This document shows positions 1 to 15,132 of a stretch of 64,000 nt of DNA, one piece after another. Both the position numbers and the translations under genes were made by a program. Every line of letters starts with the position of its first letter. Within the stretch, counting starts at the first letter, position 1. Below the pieces are notes generated by a model. That model ran no database searches. It had not been told where the DNA came from and saw nothing but the letters and a program-made list of their open reading frames with translations. Origin of the DNA: the human T2T-CHM13v2.0 reference genome, Homo sapiens. The stretch lies in assembly GCF_009914755.1 (NCBI RefSeq), contig NC_060932.1. One strand, given 5' to 3'.

Positions 1-1084
1 CCAAGAAATTCCTGGGCCCCTTAATTCATACAATTTGTAGGATCAGACACTCTTCTGTAATTAAGCCCAACTCTGAAATGAAGGTAGGCTTTGGAAATGC
101 TGGAGGAACCAAAGCTGCAAATTCCAACACATGCCCTACTCCAGCCCTCCCTCCTGTTTAATTTGATTCGATGGGCTGATAGCTCCTGCAAATACATCCT
201 GCTCCTCTTTGGCAAATTGCTAAATCCAAGAAGATGTAATCAACCACGTTCTCACACATGAATAAATAAAAGCTGAGTGAGAGATTGAGGAAATTTAACA
301 CCTCTGTAAGTACCACTAAGGTTACTGCTTGGAGAATTAAAGTGCATTTCATGACAGCCACTGATTTAGGAAGGTGGTGATGTAGAAGAAGACAAAATGA
401 AACTCAAAGTAATTTGAGAAGGGAGGAGACCAGAAGAAGATTGTTAGTACTCCAGGAAGCCTTGTATATTAACGTTGAAACCAACAGACTGCAAAACCTG
501 GAAGATCACGCCCATGCTGCAATTTGCCAATGCTATGTGTAACCCTTGCAATGATTTCCAGTGAAATGTGACATTTAAGACACACTTGCATGATGGAACC
601 AGACCCCATATATGACCAATTTTAGACAGATTGTAGAAAATGCTCAGTTAAAGATAGCAGAGCAATTCCTGGATTTGATTCTTAGCTGTATCCCACGATA
701 GTTGAGTGATCGTGCACAAGTCATTTCAGCTCTCTGAGACCCAGTTTCTATGTTCGGAGAAAAATTCCCAAGTAGTTGTGAATATTTAAAGGTCCGATGA
801 CAACCTTTGACACAAAGTAGATAATCAAATGTATGTCAGCTTTGCTATCTTCCATTTCACTTTCAATCACGGCCTTTGAGGCACTCAGACAGTATTTAAA
901 TATTGATTCTGCTATCTATTTTATTACCCTGGAAATGCTCTAGGTCTAAAGGAAACTTTGCAGCTTGCGTCTAATGCATCATTTCCAGATGGGTTGGGAA
1001 ACACTGCAGGAACGCTATCTTCACTACCAACTCCTCATGCCACTAAATTTTGACACACAGCTTGGGAGGATGGCATATCCATAG

Positions 1085-1412
<328 letters not shown>

Positions 1413-1587
1413 TGATTCTTAATTCCAGCTACCTCTATCCTCTGCCATGCTCACCTCCCCTGTGTAGTTATCCTAGAAAATAAAGCAGAATTTACTCCTG
1501 GAAGGCAACCAACACCTATCTGGATGCCAGAGACATCACAAGAAGCCAACGGGGCTTTGATAAGTCAGAGTGAGCCTCGCACCACCT

Positions 1588-1710
1588 CCCCATGAGGGCA
1601 GAGATATTTGTCACTTTTGTTCACTGTTGTATCCCAAGCACCTAACTTTGTGCCTGGCACCTAGTTGGCTCTCAGTAAATATTTATTGAACAAATGAAAG
1701 AATAAGTGAA
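1588..1710 (+). mobile_element. L2 3' end fragment
   Basis: TTCACTGTTGTATCCCAAGCACCTAAC...GTGCCTGGCACCTAGTTGGCTCTCAGTAAATATTTATTGAA resembles the L2 3' terminus. Confidence 0.75.
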
Positions 1711-1714
1711 CTAG

Positions 1715-2200
<486 letters not shown>

Positions 2201-2322
2201 AAAATTGTCAGAGCTCCTTCCATTGTTTTCATGTTTTTGAGTACAATGTAAAATTCCTGATACCTTATAAAGGTGTTATGCAATGGAATTATTTGAAATA
2301 ATTTTGCTATAGTTATTATTAT

Positions 2323-2813
<491 letters not shown>

Positions 2814-3339
2814 TTATTCTTATTTTTTGCAGAAATGAAACTGCAAGTGGAATTGGACTAACTTACTGAAAACTGTATCAAGCATTATACCGTCAAGGGC
2901 ATCTAGGTAGATCAAGGATATTTTAATTTGCTTAGGAACTTATTCCTCTCTGCACAACCACTTAACAGCAACGAAATTTCTTCTCAGGCAGGAAGTAAAT
3001 TTAGCTCATTCTTTTGGGTTGCATTAGTGGGAAAGTAATATCTATTTGAGTCATGTCGAATGGCAAGTACCTCATATGTGGGTAAGTGAGAGTTGCTGAC
3101 CTGTGAGGTGGTTAATGCATCTGCTTGCTGGTATCTAATAGCTTTTTACTATTCAATCAACAGACACATATTGAACACCTACTGTCCATAGGACACTGTG
3201 CAGGGAATTATGGAGGTGGGGTGGGTAGAAGGCAACCCTGTGTAGGAATTGGAGGGATGCTCATCCAGGGACCACTTGTGATGTGCTGGCAACCTTCATA
3301 CCTTGCCTTATCTGATCATTAAAACGGCTTCAAAAGATT

Positions 3340-3470
3340 GACAATATTTATGCTTAGAGGTGTCAATGCACCTGCCCAGGGTCACACAACTGGTAAGCAG
3401 CAGAGTTGCAATTTGAACCTAGAGCTCTCTGATTCCAGAGCTTAAGTTCAACATCTGTACTACACCACTT
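3340..3470 (-). mobile_element. MIR fragment
   Basis: CCTGCCCAGGGTCACACAACTGGTAAGCAGCAGAG...ATTTGAACCTAG...TCTGATTCCAGAGC. Confidence 0.7.
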
Positions 3471-3569
3471 CTATCATTTAGTTTTACAATAATCTATATC
3501 CTCTTTCTGGACTATGTAAGTGATAGGAACCTAAATTCATAGATACACTAAAAATATAAATTCCATTAC

Positions 3570-3665
3570 TATTTCATTCACTGCTGTATCTCCAGTACCT
3601 AGGACAATGCCAGGCACATAGTAGGTACCAAATGAACATTTATCGAATGAATGAATGAATAATTG
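3570..3665 (+). mobile_element. L2 3' end
   Basis: TTCACTGCTGTATCTCCAGTACCTAGGACAATGCCAGGCACATAGTAGG followed by an (AATG)n tail. Confidence 0.8.
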
Positions 3666-4104
3666 AATTATTTTTTAATCTGAATCCCCAGGGCTTATCA
3701 TGATACCTGACATTACATTTCTGTGAAACAGAGCAATGTTTATGTTCATTTATAGGCACTTTGCCTAAATCCTGTGGAGTAGACTTCATTTTCTTAGTTT
3801 TATAGATAAGCACATAAATCTCTGAGAGAATAAGGAGGTAGCTCTGGGTTTAATGAATTTTAGACAGAGAGGCTACCTCTGTTCACTTCCGTTCTACCAT
3901 GATATTTTACCCAAAGAAACAGTGGCAATCTTCAAATATTTTTGAGGAGGAATAAGACAATAAAATCCCCATTGCAGAAGGAACCCTAGCAGCAGTGGGC
4001 AAAAGCCTTCAGGATGGGAAGACAGTAGAAAGGAGAAAGAGAACTATCTGATTAATATCCCAGCTCAATTCTGGAAACTGACTATGAGATTTAGCTCTAA
4101 TAAT

Positions 4105-4215
4105 GTTGAGCCCATTCTACAGATGAGCAACTGGAGGCTTACAAAGGTTCAATAATTTGCCCAAACTTACAAAACTAGGAAGTGGCAGAGTCAGGATTTG
4201 GATTCCCACATGTGA
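4105..4215 (-). mobile_element. MIR fragment
   Basis: CCCATTCTACAGATGAG...TTGCCCAAACTTAC...GGAAGTGGCAGAGTCAGGATTTG. Confidence 0.75.
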
Positions 4216-4534
4216 GATCTGATGAGTCTCTAGTCTCACTACTGACACTATCAAAAAGGGAAAGAAAATGTGAGGTGGAATTATGCCCAATGCTTCCTGG
4301 AGGACGTGACAGGTGACTCTCGTTTGGAAAGCAGAGAAGGTGACAAGGAGGGAATTCTAGACAGAGAAACTGCCAAGGTTTGTGGTCAAAAAAGGAAGCA
4401 TATGTAGGGCCCAGAGGGGCTTCAGTCTGATGGGAGCAGAGTAAAAAATAGAAAATTAAAAGTTAATCCTTTTCTTATCCCTGTATGAAGATTATATTGG
4501 AATCCTCACCATGTAAGACAAGAGTGCCTCATGG

Positions 4535-4700
4535 AAACAGCAATGGCTTTGGTGTCAGAGACTTGTCCTCAGATCCTGATTCCCAACTTAACAGCTGTGT
4601 GTCTTTGGATAAATGACTTAATCTCCCCAACCTCAATTTTGTAGCAAGGTAAAGTATCTAATGGTTTGATGTACACAGTAAGTACTCAACAATTGTTCAT
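4535..4700 (+). mobile_element. MIR fragment
   Basis: GGCTTTGGTGTCAGAG...AGCTGTGTGTCTTTGGATAAATGACTTAATCTC. Confidence 0.7.
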
Positions 4701-5277
4701 TTCCCTTTATCCCTTCCTTTCACTGATGGACATGAGGGTAGAAATGCCTAGCAATTACCCTTGCATACAGATTCTAAGCTTTTAGAATAATATATTGACT
4801 TCATGCTCTAGATATTATCATTCTTGGATTGTGCATGTGTGCCCATCCTTTACCAAAAAAAGGAGGAAGATCAATGGCAACGAGCATTCACTGAGCCTTC
4901 AGATGCCAGGTGCTCAGGAAAGCTAGTGCTTAGCAGAGAAGGTGGGTGTCCTAGATGTCATTGTGCAGATTCAACCACTGATGAAGGACTGAGGCCCCTG
5001 GTCCTCCTACACCCCCTGGAATCTCAGAACTGGTCAGGGTCAGAGACCAGATAGTTCAGAGTTCTGAAACTTTATGATGATTTATCCTCCATATTTATTC
5101 ACCACCTGAGCCAACAACGACTATCTTTCATGAACTTGAATTATAGTTTGACATAAAATATTTTTGTATTTATTTTTAAAAGAAAACTTTATATCACTTG
5201 CTATAAATAGAAGGAAATTATAAAAATTAGTAAAATGAAAAAAGAGAATAAAAAGAGCCTAGGTCTTGCTCTTTTTT

Positions 5278-5371
5278 TAAGAAAGAAAAAGAGAGACAGA
5301 GAGAGAAAGGAAGGGAGGGAGAGAAGGAAAGAGAAAAGAAGGAAGGAAGGAAAATGGAAAGGAGGAGGGAG
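5278..5371. repeat. GA-rich polypurine low-complexity tract
   Basis: Nearly pure A/G run (GAAA, GAGA, GGAA units). Confidence 0.85.
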
Positions 5372-6769
5372 TAAAGGCAACTAGTAGATGATAGAGAGGT
5401 GTTAAAAAATATTCTGTCCCTAAAATAAGATTTTCTGTTTTTACCCAGAAAGATCAAAAGAATGAAAAGGCAAAAACCTTCATCCTGTGTGATTCAGTGT
5501 TATACAGTGTCCTGTTTCTCCATTTACTTTCTAAAAACATCTCATGAACAAAATCTATGTTTGGGAAAATGCAGACCCAGACACACATTTTGCACATGGG
5601 AGACTGAGGTCAGGTTTGAGGATCTCCAATTCAAGTCCAGCTGCACAGAAATGAGCTGATGTCCTCTCTGCTCCCTTTCCAAGTAAGCACAGAAGCCTAA
5701 GGGATACTTCTCTTATTTCTGCCTGTGTCATCCCATAATTATTTACTGGCAGCTCTGGAGCCTTGAGGTAAAAGTCTTTTCATTATTTATAGAAGCACAG
5801 TTTTTATTATAAAGGTAACATAACCACAGCACCTCACTTGACCAAAAAAAAAAAAAAAAAAAAAGATGAAAAAGCTACCCACGATTCCACTGCTCTGGCT
5901 CATTGGTATATTTTCAGTCAGCATTTCTTTTACGCATTTATTTACATAAGTGCAACCACAATATACATACCTTTTTTTAGCATCTTGAATGGTCTTGTCC
6001 AATCTCCTGATATAATTTGTGCCTGTTCATAGCAAAAGCCTTGGGAAAGAACTGAGTTTCCTCTGTGATTACTTTCCTGTCTGTCCCTCAGTTCTTTCAT
6101 TTGCAAAACGTGAGAAATACTATCATACTTGCACCCCGGGCAGTTGTAAGGGTTCTCAGAGAGAGAGTATATGTGAAATACTTGGAAGGATCTGACTTGT
6201 ACCTACCTTTTGCACATCATCCCCTGCAGTTTCTTCCTATTTGTAGGCCTGTTGTTCAGTGTCATCATTCTGCAAAACTCCTATCTATTTGTCAAAGCCC
6301 TATTCAGATGTGCTCTCTTACAGGAAACCTTCCCTTCTTCCTGAAATGCTCTCCTATATTATGCCTGAAGCCTATCCATGCATCGAATGTGTTTAGCATA
6401 TGGACTCTAAATATGCAAGTGTGATACAAATACATTCATTGGTCAAAAAATTACAGATGAAGTTAAAACTTCTGAAAGTTTTAACCACCCTTCTCCATGC
6501 CCACCAAGAAAATATCTTAGTTGTTTCCACTACTCAACTTCCAGGTTAACCACCAAGTTGACACAGATTTATAATGTCTCTCACACAACTGTGTCACACT
6601 CAACGTATCATTTTCCCATTCCGTGTATGTCTCAGAAACCTAAGCATATTAGAACATTTAGATTATCTAATTCTATCTACTGCTTGTCACAATTTATTTA
6701 GCTACTTCTCAACATATATGCTGCTACATCCTTGTACATGCCTTCCTAGGCAATTTTCATTTGTTTGCT

Positions 6770-6925
6770 TATCCACTAGTTAGACCGTGAGTCCTTCGGG
6801 GATAGGATCTACATCTTATTTATCTCAGCAGTCCTTTAATTTAGCAGAGTGCCTGTTACAACAAAATGCCTAATAAGTAGTTGGTGAATAAATATTCACC
6901 AACTTATTAAATGAATAAATGAATA
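6770..6925 (+). mobile_element. L2 3' end
   Basis: TAGACCGTGAGTCCTTCGGGGATAGG...AGAGTGCCTG...AAATGAATAAATGAAT. Confidence 0.65.
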
Positions 6926-8366
6926 AGGAGAAAATCAAGGGACCCTTCCAGAATCTAGACACAGAAACGAGAAGGCTTTCCTGATCTTTCTTCCCAAAAC
7001 ATTAACCTTGAAGATTCGGAGCATGGTTCGTTTTCCACACGGGGCATGGCCAGGGGCCCTCAGTTATTTCAGAAGAGTACAGCTGCTTACAGAAAACAGA
7101 CTGCCTGTCCCATTTACCTATTCTTGTGCAAGTGCCCAGAGCCCTTAGGCACAGGCAAAGGGGATTTAAATAAACCTAGGAAATAAATAAATAATTGCTT
7201 CGAAATAGCCAAATGGGATATTTCCAATAAACCATTTCCCTACATGAGAGAAGGAACATGAGGGGGAACAATGCCCAAAGCAGCAAATTTATGAAGAAGC
7301 TACAAAGTTAACAGAAATAGGAGGTTTGCAGAGAAATATGCTGCTTTAGCATCCCATCTTCAGGGTATTGCTGGAGTTTTCGTTTCTTTTATGAGGCAGT
7401 CATGAAGTTGGAAACATAAACAACACTTTAAATCATTATTTAGCAAGAGAGGAGCAATTTATTTGCTTAGACAAGCCTGATTGCTGCCATGATAATGTCC
7501 CTTGTTCATTTGTTCTCTCTCTCCAAGAAGCTGGAAATATTTGATAGATTGTTACAGTCTGTGCATTTACCATGGCACACCGTTATATCAGATTATTTAA
7601 TGGAGGATTCCACTTCAGGGTTGAGACAGCACTTCCTGCCTTTATTTGTGCTCGCTCTTCAACTCCGTCTTTCCTAACTAGCTCTACTGATTTCTCAGCT
7701 CTCATCCCAGCATTACGTCCTCCAGAAAGTCCTCAGCACCATGGAGAAGTATATTGTATGGACTATCAGCACCATGCACTGCATGTGTGAGACTGTCAGC
7801 TACACAAGACTCTGAGTCTCACTTTTGGAATTCATAAAATAGGGAGAATACTGGCAGCCCCATCATAAAGTTCATGTAAAGATCAGACGTTTATAAAGTA
7901 CTTGCCAATAGCCACTGCCCAAGAAATTACAGTCACAGTAATAATAATTGTTATTATACTTTTCAACACCTGATAGTCTCTCTATCAAAGACAAGCTGAG
8001 GTCTCTTGTCTCTATACCCACAGCATCCTGTGACTGCCTCATTGTGACTTTTATTATATTGCCTTGTTGTCATCTATATACCTGCATTTCCCCCTAGCTG
8101 TGCTCTTCCAGAGAGCCTACTTTCTCCATGAACTCCAACAAAATTCTGACCTTTAGTAATGTCTATGCATTTTCTCTTCTCTATTTTATTTTATCTGCAC
8201 AATGAAGCTAGAGATTAAGCTGGGTAACTTTTTAACTTTCTTTAGATGCAAGAGAAAATGAAGTTCAAAGAGGCAGAGTGACTCATTAGGGTCCCCCAGG
8301 TTTGATGAAGTCCAAGTCCTGATTGAATCTCTCTACACCACAAAATAACCTTGTTATTATCCCTTA

Positions 8367-8759
<393 letters not shown>

Positions 8760-8789
8760 TCAGCCTGATCGGAACAAAAAGGGAGAAAT

Positions 8790-9045
8790 GAAGTTAGCAG
8801 TAACAAACACTTACGTATCACTTACCAGGTGCCAAGCACTGTTTTAAGCACTTGACGAATGTTAGCTCACTTAATCCTAATCAAAGCCCCAGGAGTGAGC
8901 ACTATTATTATTATCCCTATAGTATAGAGGTGGAAACAGAGACACTAAACACTTTACCAAAGTTTACGCTGCCAGGAAGTGGCAGAGCTAGGATTCAAAC
9001 CCAGGTGTCTGGATCCACAGCCTGTTCTATTAACTACCATTAACA
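8790..9045 (-). mobile_element. Near full-length MIR
   Basis: GTGCCAAGCACTGTTTTAAGCACTT...GGAAGTGGCAGAGCTAGGATTCAAACCCAGGTGTCTGG. Confidence 0.85.
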
Positions 9046-9269
9046 TTACAACTCCATGAAATGTACATATCAAAAATATATATCTGCATGTAAGAGAAAC
9101 ACTTCCTAGCTCTCTCTTGGGTTTCTGAGAATTACAGCTACTATTCTGGGAAAGGGTACTGATGAAATTTTAGTCATTAGATACTTTTCTTCTTTTCATC
9201 AGAAAAGAATCCAGAATCCACATTAGTGGCTTCCAAAAGCTGATCCATGGACCTTTTTTAGTCTATAAG

Positions 9270-9290
9270 TATATATATATATATATATAT
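9270..9290. repeat. (TA)n microsatellite
   Basis: About 10 TA units read directly. Confidence 0.95.
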
Positions 9291-9834
9291 GATGAGATAG
9301 TATTCTCTTTCCAAGTAAGTATAGGAATAAGCACATAAATATCCTATTAAAGTTAGTTCACCACCACCACATCTCCAATTGAAAATGAAAAGTGACTAGA
9401 GCTCTGCTTCCTTTGTATTAGCTTCTAGGGAAAGCTCAAGACCCTCTCTGGCCCACTCTGAATTTCCCAATTTAACACAATGAGCAAAACCAAGTGAGAG
9501 CTCAAATTCTAACCAGATTTGTTAAGCTATTTCATTTAATAGCAGCACTCCAATATCCTTTACTTGTCTTTCCACTCCCATATGCGCAGTCCCTGTGGTT
9601 CACCTGGGGCTGCACCTCTTCCAGTCCCACCAGAACTGGGCACAGGCTCCTGCCCCAGCCAATCAGCAGATTACTTCTACTCCCTGCCACGGTGATTGGC
9701 TGAAGAACAAGATCCAGCTGAATTACTTTGTTTAGAGGCAATAAAGAGACAGATGTTTGCTGGGACTGTTGGGAAAGAGGTATTTGTCTTCAGTGGAATG
9801 GCTTATGGCTAGGCCATAATCCCGGGTGTGCTGG

Positions 9835-11144
9835 TGTGTCCGGAATTGGTGGGTTCTTGATCTCACTGACTTCAAGAATGAAGCCGCAGACCCTCGCGGT
9901 GAGTGTTACAGTTCTGAAAGATGGTGTGTCCGGAGTTTGTTCCTTCTGATGTTTGGATGTGTTCGGAGTTTCTTCCTTCTGGTGGGTTTGTGGTCTCGCT
10001 GGCCTCAGGAGTGAAGCTGCAGACCTTTGCGGTGAGTGTTACAGTTACAGCTCATAAAGGCAGTGTGGACCCAAAGAGTGAGCAGCAACAAGATTTATTG
10101 CAAAGAGTGAAAGAACAAAGCTTCCACAGCGCAGAAGGGGACCCAAGCAGGTTGCCACTGCCGGCTGGGGCAGCCTGCTTTTATTCCCTTATCTGGCCCC
10201 ACCCACATCCTGCCGATTGGTCCATTTTACAGAGAGCTGATTGGTCTGTTTTACAGAGAGCTGATTGGTTCGTTTTGACAGGGTGCTGATTGGTGCGTTT
10301 ACAATCCCTGAGCTGGACACAAAAGTTCTCTAAGTCCCCACTAGATTAGCTAGACACAGAGCACTGATAAGTGCATTTACAAACCTTGAGCTAGACACAG
10401 GGTGCTGATTGGTGTGTTTACAAACCTTGAGCTAGACACAGAGTGCTGACTGGTGTATTTACAATCCCTTAGCTAGACATAAAGGTTCTCCAAATCCCCA
10501 CTAGACTCAGGAGCCCAGCTGGCTTCACCTAGTGGATCCTGCACCGGGGCCACAGGCTGAGCTGCCCGCCAGTCCCACGCCGTGCGCCTGCACACCTCAG
10601 CTGTTGGGCAGTCGACGGGACTGGGCACCGCAGAGCAGGGGGCGGTGCTCGTTGGGGAGGCTTGGGCTGTGCAGGAGCCCACGGCTAGGGGGAGGCTCGG
10701 GCATGACGGGCTGCAGGTCCTGAGCCCTGCCCCACAAAGAGGCAGCTGAGTCCTGGCAAGAATTCAAGCACAACGTTGGTGAGCTAGCACTGCTGGGGGA
10801 CCCAGTGCACCCTCCGCAGCTCCTGGCCCGGGTACTAAGCCCCTCACTGCCTGGGGCCAGCGGCACCGGCCGGCCGCTCCAATTGAAGGACCTGCCGAGC
10901 CCATGCCCACCCGGAACTTGCGCTGGCCCACGAGTGCACTGCACAGCCCCAGTTCCCACCCGTGCCTCTCCCTCCACACCTCCCCGCAAGCAGAGGGAGC
11001 CGGCTCCAGCCTCAGACAGCCCAGAGAAGGGCTCCCACAGTGCAGTGGCAGGCTGAAGGTCTCCTCAAGCATGGTCAGAGCGGACGCCGAGGCCGAGGAG
11101 GCACTGAGCGCGAGCGAGGGTCACCAGCACGTTGTCACCTCTCA
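9835..11144 (-). mobile_element. Solo ERV9 LTR, long GC-rich type (LTR12D/E-like)
   Basis: Minus strand starts TGAGAGGTGACAACGTGCTGG and ends CCAATTCCGGACACA; exact 4-bp TSD CTGG (9831-9834 and 11145-11148); 1310 bp. Confidence 0.95.
10180..10460 (-). promoter_or_regulatory. ERV9 U3 promoter/enhancer: CCAAT (NF-Y) repeats, GATA site and AATAAA-type TATA box
   Basis: Repeated GATTGG (CCAAT on minus), CTTATCT (GATA) near 10188-10194 and TTTATT at 10180-10185, matching the known ERV9 LTR promoter layout. Activity is not shown by the sequence. Confidence 0.7.
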
Positions 11145-11909
11145 CTGGTAGCAGTCTTGCCTCCAGGGGAAGAGAGTCTGACAGAGAATGGAGACTACAT
11201 GGAGAAAAGCAGAGCCAAGGGACAAGGAGACAAACAGATTCCTGACAACATCACTTGAGCCTCTGGACTCAACCTGGCTGGAAGGGTCTTCAGCAATTCT
11301 TTAATGAAGAAAAACGGAAAGGCCAACCCCATGGAATATCTTCTATAAATGGGACATGTATTTAGCCCTAAGTTAATGAACTAGGAAATAGTGTGTCGTT
11401 ATTATTTTATACTGTGGGGTCATAATGTATTTTAAATATTTCATAGTCTTAATTTTCTGGGTCAGGCTAAAACAAGGCTAAAGCTACCTTAAAATACAGA
11501 GTCGAATTTTGTGGGTCTCAGTGGCCTAGTTGTACAGCACATGAACCGATTATAAAAACAATCTCTCAGGAGACTTTTGGCTCATCTGTGGACCATTTCT
11601 CTATTTCCAAGTGGATTGGGTGGACCTCGGGTTGAGACACTGGTGTCTCACAGGATGCATGGGCTCCTCCCCCAGCTCACTGGGCACTCTGTCATGGGCT
11701 GGCTTCAACCTGGCAAAACGTAATGGCTGCCCTTAAGGTACTCAAAGAGGGTGATCTCAAGCTCTCCCCTACCCACTATCTCCCAAAATTTTGAAAGAAG
11801 GAAACTGTATTGAGGAAGGATTTTGTGAAGTGCAGTTCATCAACTCTCCCCAGTAGTCAAAGATCGACCTCTTAGACCAGATAAGATCATTAGAAAGACA
11901 TGCATTTGT

Positions 11910-12243
<334 letters not shown>

Positions 12244-13089
12244 TCATTGAACTGCAAGAAGGGGAGCAGCATACAATGAAGGTCTGGATCAGGAAAAGCT
12301 GTAAAAAGATCCATTCACTGTGAGGATGACCCCGTTGAAGATGCTGTGGAAGATACTACTCCTCCTGATATCATTTTAAAAGAGAACTCCTGGGAAAACT
12401 TCTGAATGGTTATGGTTTTACTGAGCAATGGGATGCTTTGTTTTTGTGGTCTCTTCCAAACATGATACTTTGTGTTTCTGATGTGTTCCTGTTGTTGTGT
12501 TGCCAGCTTAGGCAGAGAGCTTGGCTGAGCCACCTGCAGAGAAAGTGTGTTGGTCATGGGAGGCTCACTCCTGCTCCATTTAGGTTTCCATTTTAGTTTT
12601 CCTTTCAGGCTTGGCTCCCACCATTAATGTTATGTATCACTATAGGCTACTCAAGTTCTTTCTGGAAGAAGGCCTCCTATAAAACAGCTCAGTAAGAGAA
12701 TGCTTAAAAACATAGTTATAGAGAGACAGCTGGGCCCTGTGGGCTAGTGACAAGCAAACAGCCCTCTCAGAGAATTTTATTTCTATCTGGACCTTTATAT
12801 GCCCCACTATGATCTGAAGGGTTATCATCACTATATCTAATACAAGTGGGAAGGACAGATGAAAGTATTCTTCTCTTAAGTCCATTAGTCCTTTCTCATC
12901 TTCTGGATCCTTCTTAGACAATTCTGTAGAATCTTTGTGTTGGTGTGGATCTCAGAGTGAGCTTGCCCTTTGTTTTTCTCCTGATGGGGAGGATCATGGC
13001 CACTATGTATGATCTCAGTTGGCATCATCTGCTGTTTCCATCATGAAGCCTCTGGGGATGCCCTTCAGCACACTCTTATTGGACAGGCC

Positions 13090-13795
13090 TGTGTCCGGAA
13101 TTGGTTCCTTCTGGTGGGTTCTTGGTCTCACTGACTTCAAGAATGAAGCTGCGGACCCTCATGGTGAGTGCTACAGTTCTTAAAGATGGTGTGTCCAGAG
13201 TTTGTTCCTTCAGATGTTCAGATGTGTCCGGAGTTTCTTCCTTCCAGTGGGTTCATGGTCTCACTGACTTCAGGAGTGAAGCCGCAGACCTTTGCAGTGA
13301 GTGTTACAGCTCTTAAAGGTGGTGCATCCAGAGTTGTTTGTTCCTCCCGGTGGGTTCATAGTCTCGCTAACTTCAGGACAGAAGCCGCAGACCCTCGCAG
13401 TGAGTGTTACAGCTCATAAAGGTAGTGAGGACCCAAAGAGTGAGCAGCAGCAAGATATACTGTGAAGAGCAAAAGAACAAAGCTTCCACAGCACGGAAGG
13501 GGACCCAAGCCAGTTGCTCCTGCTGGATTGGGTAGCCAGCTTTTATTCCCTTATTTGGCCCCACCTACATCCTGCTGATTGGTCCATTTTACAGAGTGCT
13601 GATTGGCCCATTTACAATCCTTTAGCTACACACAGAGTGCTGATTGGTGCATTTTTACGGAGTGCTGACTTGTGCATTTACAATCCTTTAACTAGACACA
13701 GAGCGCTGATTGGTGCGTTTACAATCCTTTAGCTAGACAGAAAAATTCTCCAGGTCCCCACTCGACCCAGGAAGACCAGCTGGCTTCACCTCTCA
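13090..13795 (-). mobile_element. Solo ERV9 LTR, short type (LTR12/LTR12_-like)
   Basis: Minus strand starts TGAGAGGTGAAGCCAGCTGG and ends AATTCCGGACACA; exact 4-bp TSD GGCC (13086-13089 and 13796-13799); 706 bp; CCAAT repeats 13576-13713; AATAAA TATA-like box 13542-13547. Confidence 0.95.
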
Positions 13796-14169
13796 GGCCT
13801 AGTGGTCTTCTATCCATCACAGCATATAGACATTCAGAGAGTGACACTACTCTGGGTAAAACACTGCCCTCCTTCTCACTTTTGCCTTCATTCCTAGCTG
13901 TTAAGAGGTCAGCCAATCCATTTCACCACACTCATCAGTAGAACATTTCCACCATTTCTGGAAAAGCACCTTTCCACTTCTTCAGAGAGGATTTTACAAC
14001 GGCACTTCTGCATCCCTTTTCAAAATCTACCTACCTATCCATTCAAACTTGGGCATATATTTATGGAAGGTTTCTGTGTGTCAGGAACTGTGCAAGGGAG
14101 ATTTAAAACCCCACTTACTCCCCAGGAGTTTGACTTACAGCAGAAAATGAGGTTCGTTTCCAAAAGGCA

Positions 14170-14490
14170 AGGACAGAAAGACTTGGAGATTAGATGTGGG
14201 CACTACTCCTGGCTCTACATCTAGCTATCAACTGTAGACAGGTCACACTTTCTTGGCTTCAGTGACTGAGTCTATAAAATGAGGGTAATAATGATTCCTT
14301 CACTGAGTTAAGATAAACTAACATTACTAATCACTTACTATGTGCCAAGTACTGGTATGTAGGTACTGATGTTTTCCCCATATTACAAAAGAAGAAACCA
14401 AGGCGCAGAGGAGACAGGCCCAAAGTCATGACACCAATAAATGTGAGCTCGAGGATTTGCACTTAAGGCTATGTGACTCCAGAAATAATC
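14170..14490. mobile_element. Two adjacent MIR fragments in opposite orientations
   Basis: TCTATAAAATGAGGGTAATAAT (plus) and TACTATGTGCCAAGTACTG...CCCAAAGTCATG...TGTGACTCCAG (minus). Confidence 0.6.
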
Positions 14491-14979
14491 TACTCTCCTG
14501 AAGCTCCTGGAACACAGTGGCCCTCAAGCACATGAGTTTGCATTTTCCCTCTGCTTCGTTTTCCTCTGCTTTATACATTTATTCTCTTCCCCTCTCCTCT
14601 CCTCAGTGTGCTTAGAGAAAAGGTCTATGAAAGACACATTGCATGTTTCTAACCATTCAGTTTTCTCTTGGATTCGTCTTCACCGGTACTAATAGCACAC
14701 AGCACTCAGAGAACCCAACCATGATCGATTTTACAGTGACCTGGAAATTTCCTCCATCTATTCCTGGCCCTGGGGCAGAACCTCACAAAAATTTACTGTA
14801 GAAGAAAAGCTTCTCCTCTACTCTGAAAGCCCCTGGAAAATCCCATAGGCTTCATCTGTTACCCACATTCTAAAGTTCAAGTGCATAAACAGCCCAGGTG
14901 GAGAAAGCAGATGGGAGCTATTATCTATTAAGAAGATGTAGGAGGTGGGCTTTGGAAGGCCAAAGCACCTGAATCTTTA

Positions 14980-15132
14980 GGACTCTGCTACTAAGTGTGA
15001 CTCAGTGATCAACATCACCTTGGAACTTGTTAAAAATTCAGACTCTCAGGACTTACCCTAGACCGACTGATTTCGAATCTGCATTTAAAACTGACTCATG
15101 TGCCCATGGAAGTGTGAGCACTGTTGCTTTAG
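14980..15132. mobile_element. MER5-family hAT-Charlie MITE
   Basis: CAACATCACCTTGGAACTTGTTAAAAATTCAGACTCTCAGG...GAATCTGCATTTAAAA. Confidence 0.75.

Larger units (their letters stand above)
9555..11285 (+). mobile_element. Old ERVL LTR (LTR16-like) split by LTR12
   Basis: CCAATCAG...TGATTGG segment left of the LTR12 and GAGAATGGAG...AGCAGAGCCAAG...CCTGACAACATCACTTGAGCCTCTGGA right of it both resemble LTR16. Confidence 0.6.

Noticed and set aside
7277-7347. 14-bp imperfect inverted repeat AAAGCAGCAAATTT / AAATATGCTGCTTT
   Set aside because: Too short, with a long unpaired loop, to support a pre-miRNA or MITE.
10210-10480. CRISPR-like array of ~41-bp repeats (CTAGACACAG...GCTGATTGG...TTTACAA)
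   Set aside because: These are the normal tandem U3 subrepeats of ERV9 LTRs; there are no unique spacers or cas genes, and the context is primate.
10473-11258. Overlapping ORFs up to 130 aa on both strands
   Set aside because: They lie in GC-rich, stop-poor LTR12 sequence.
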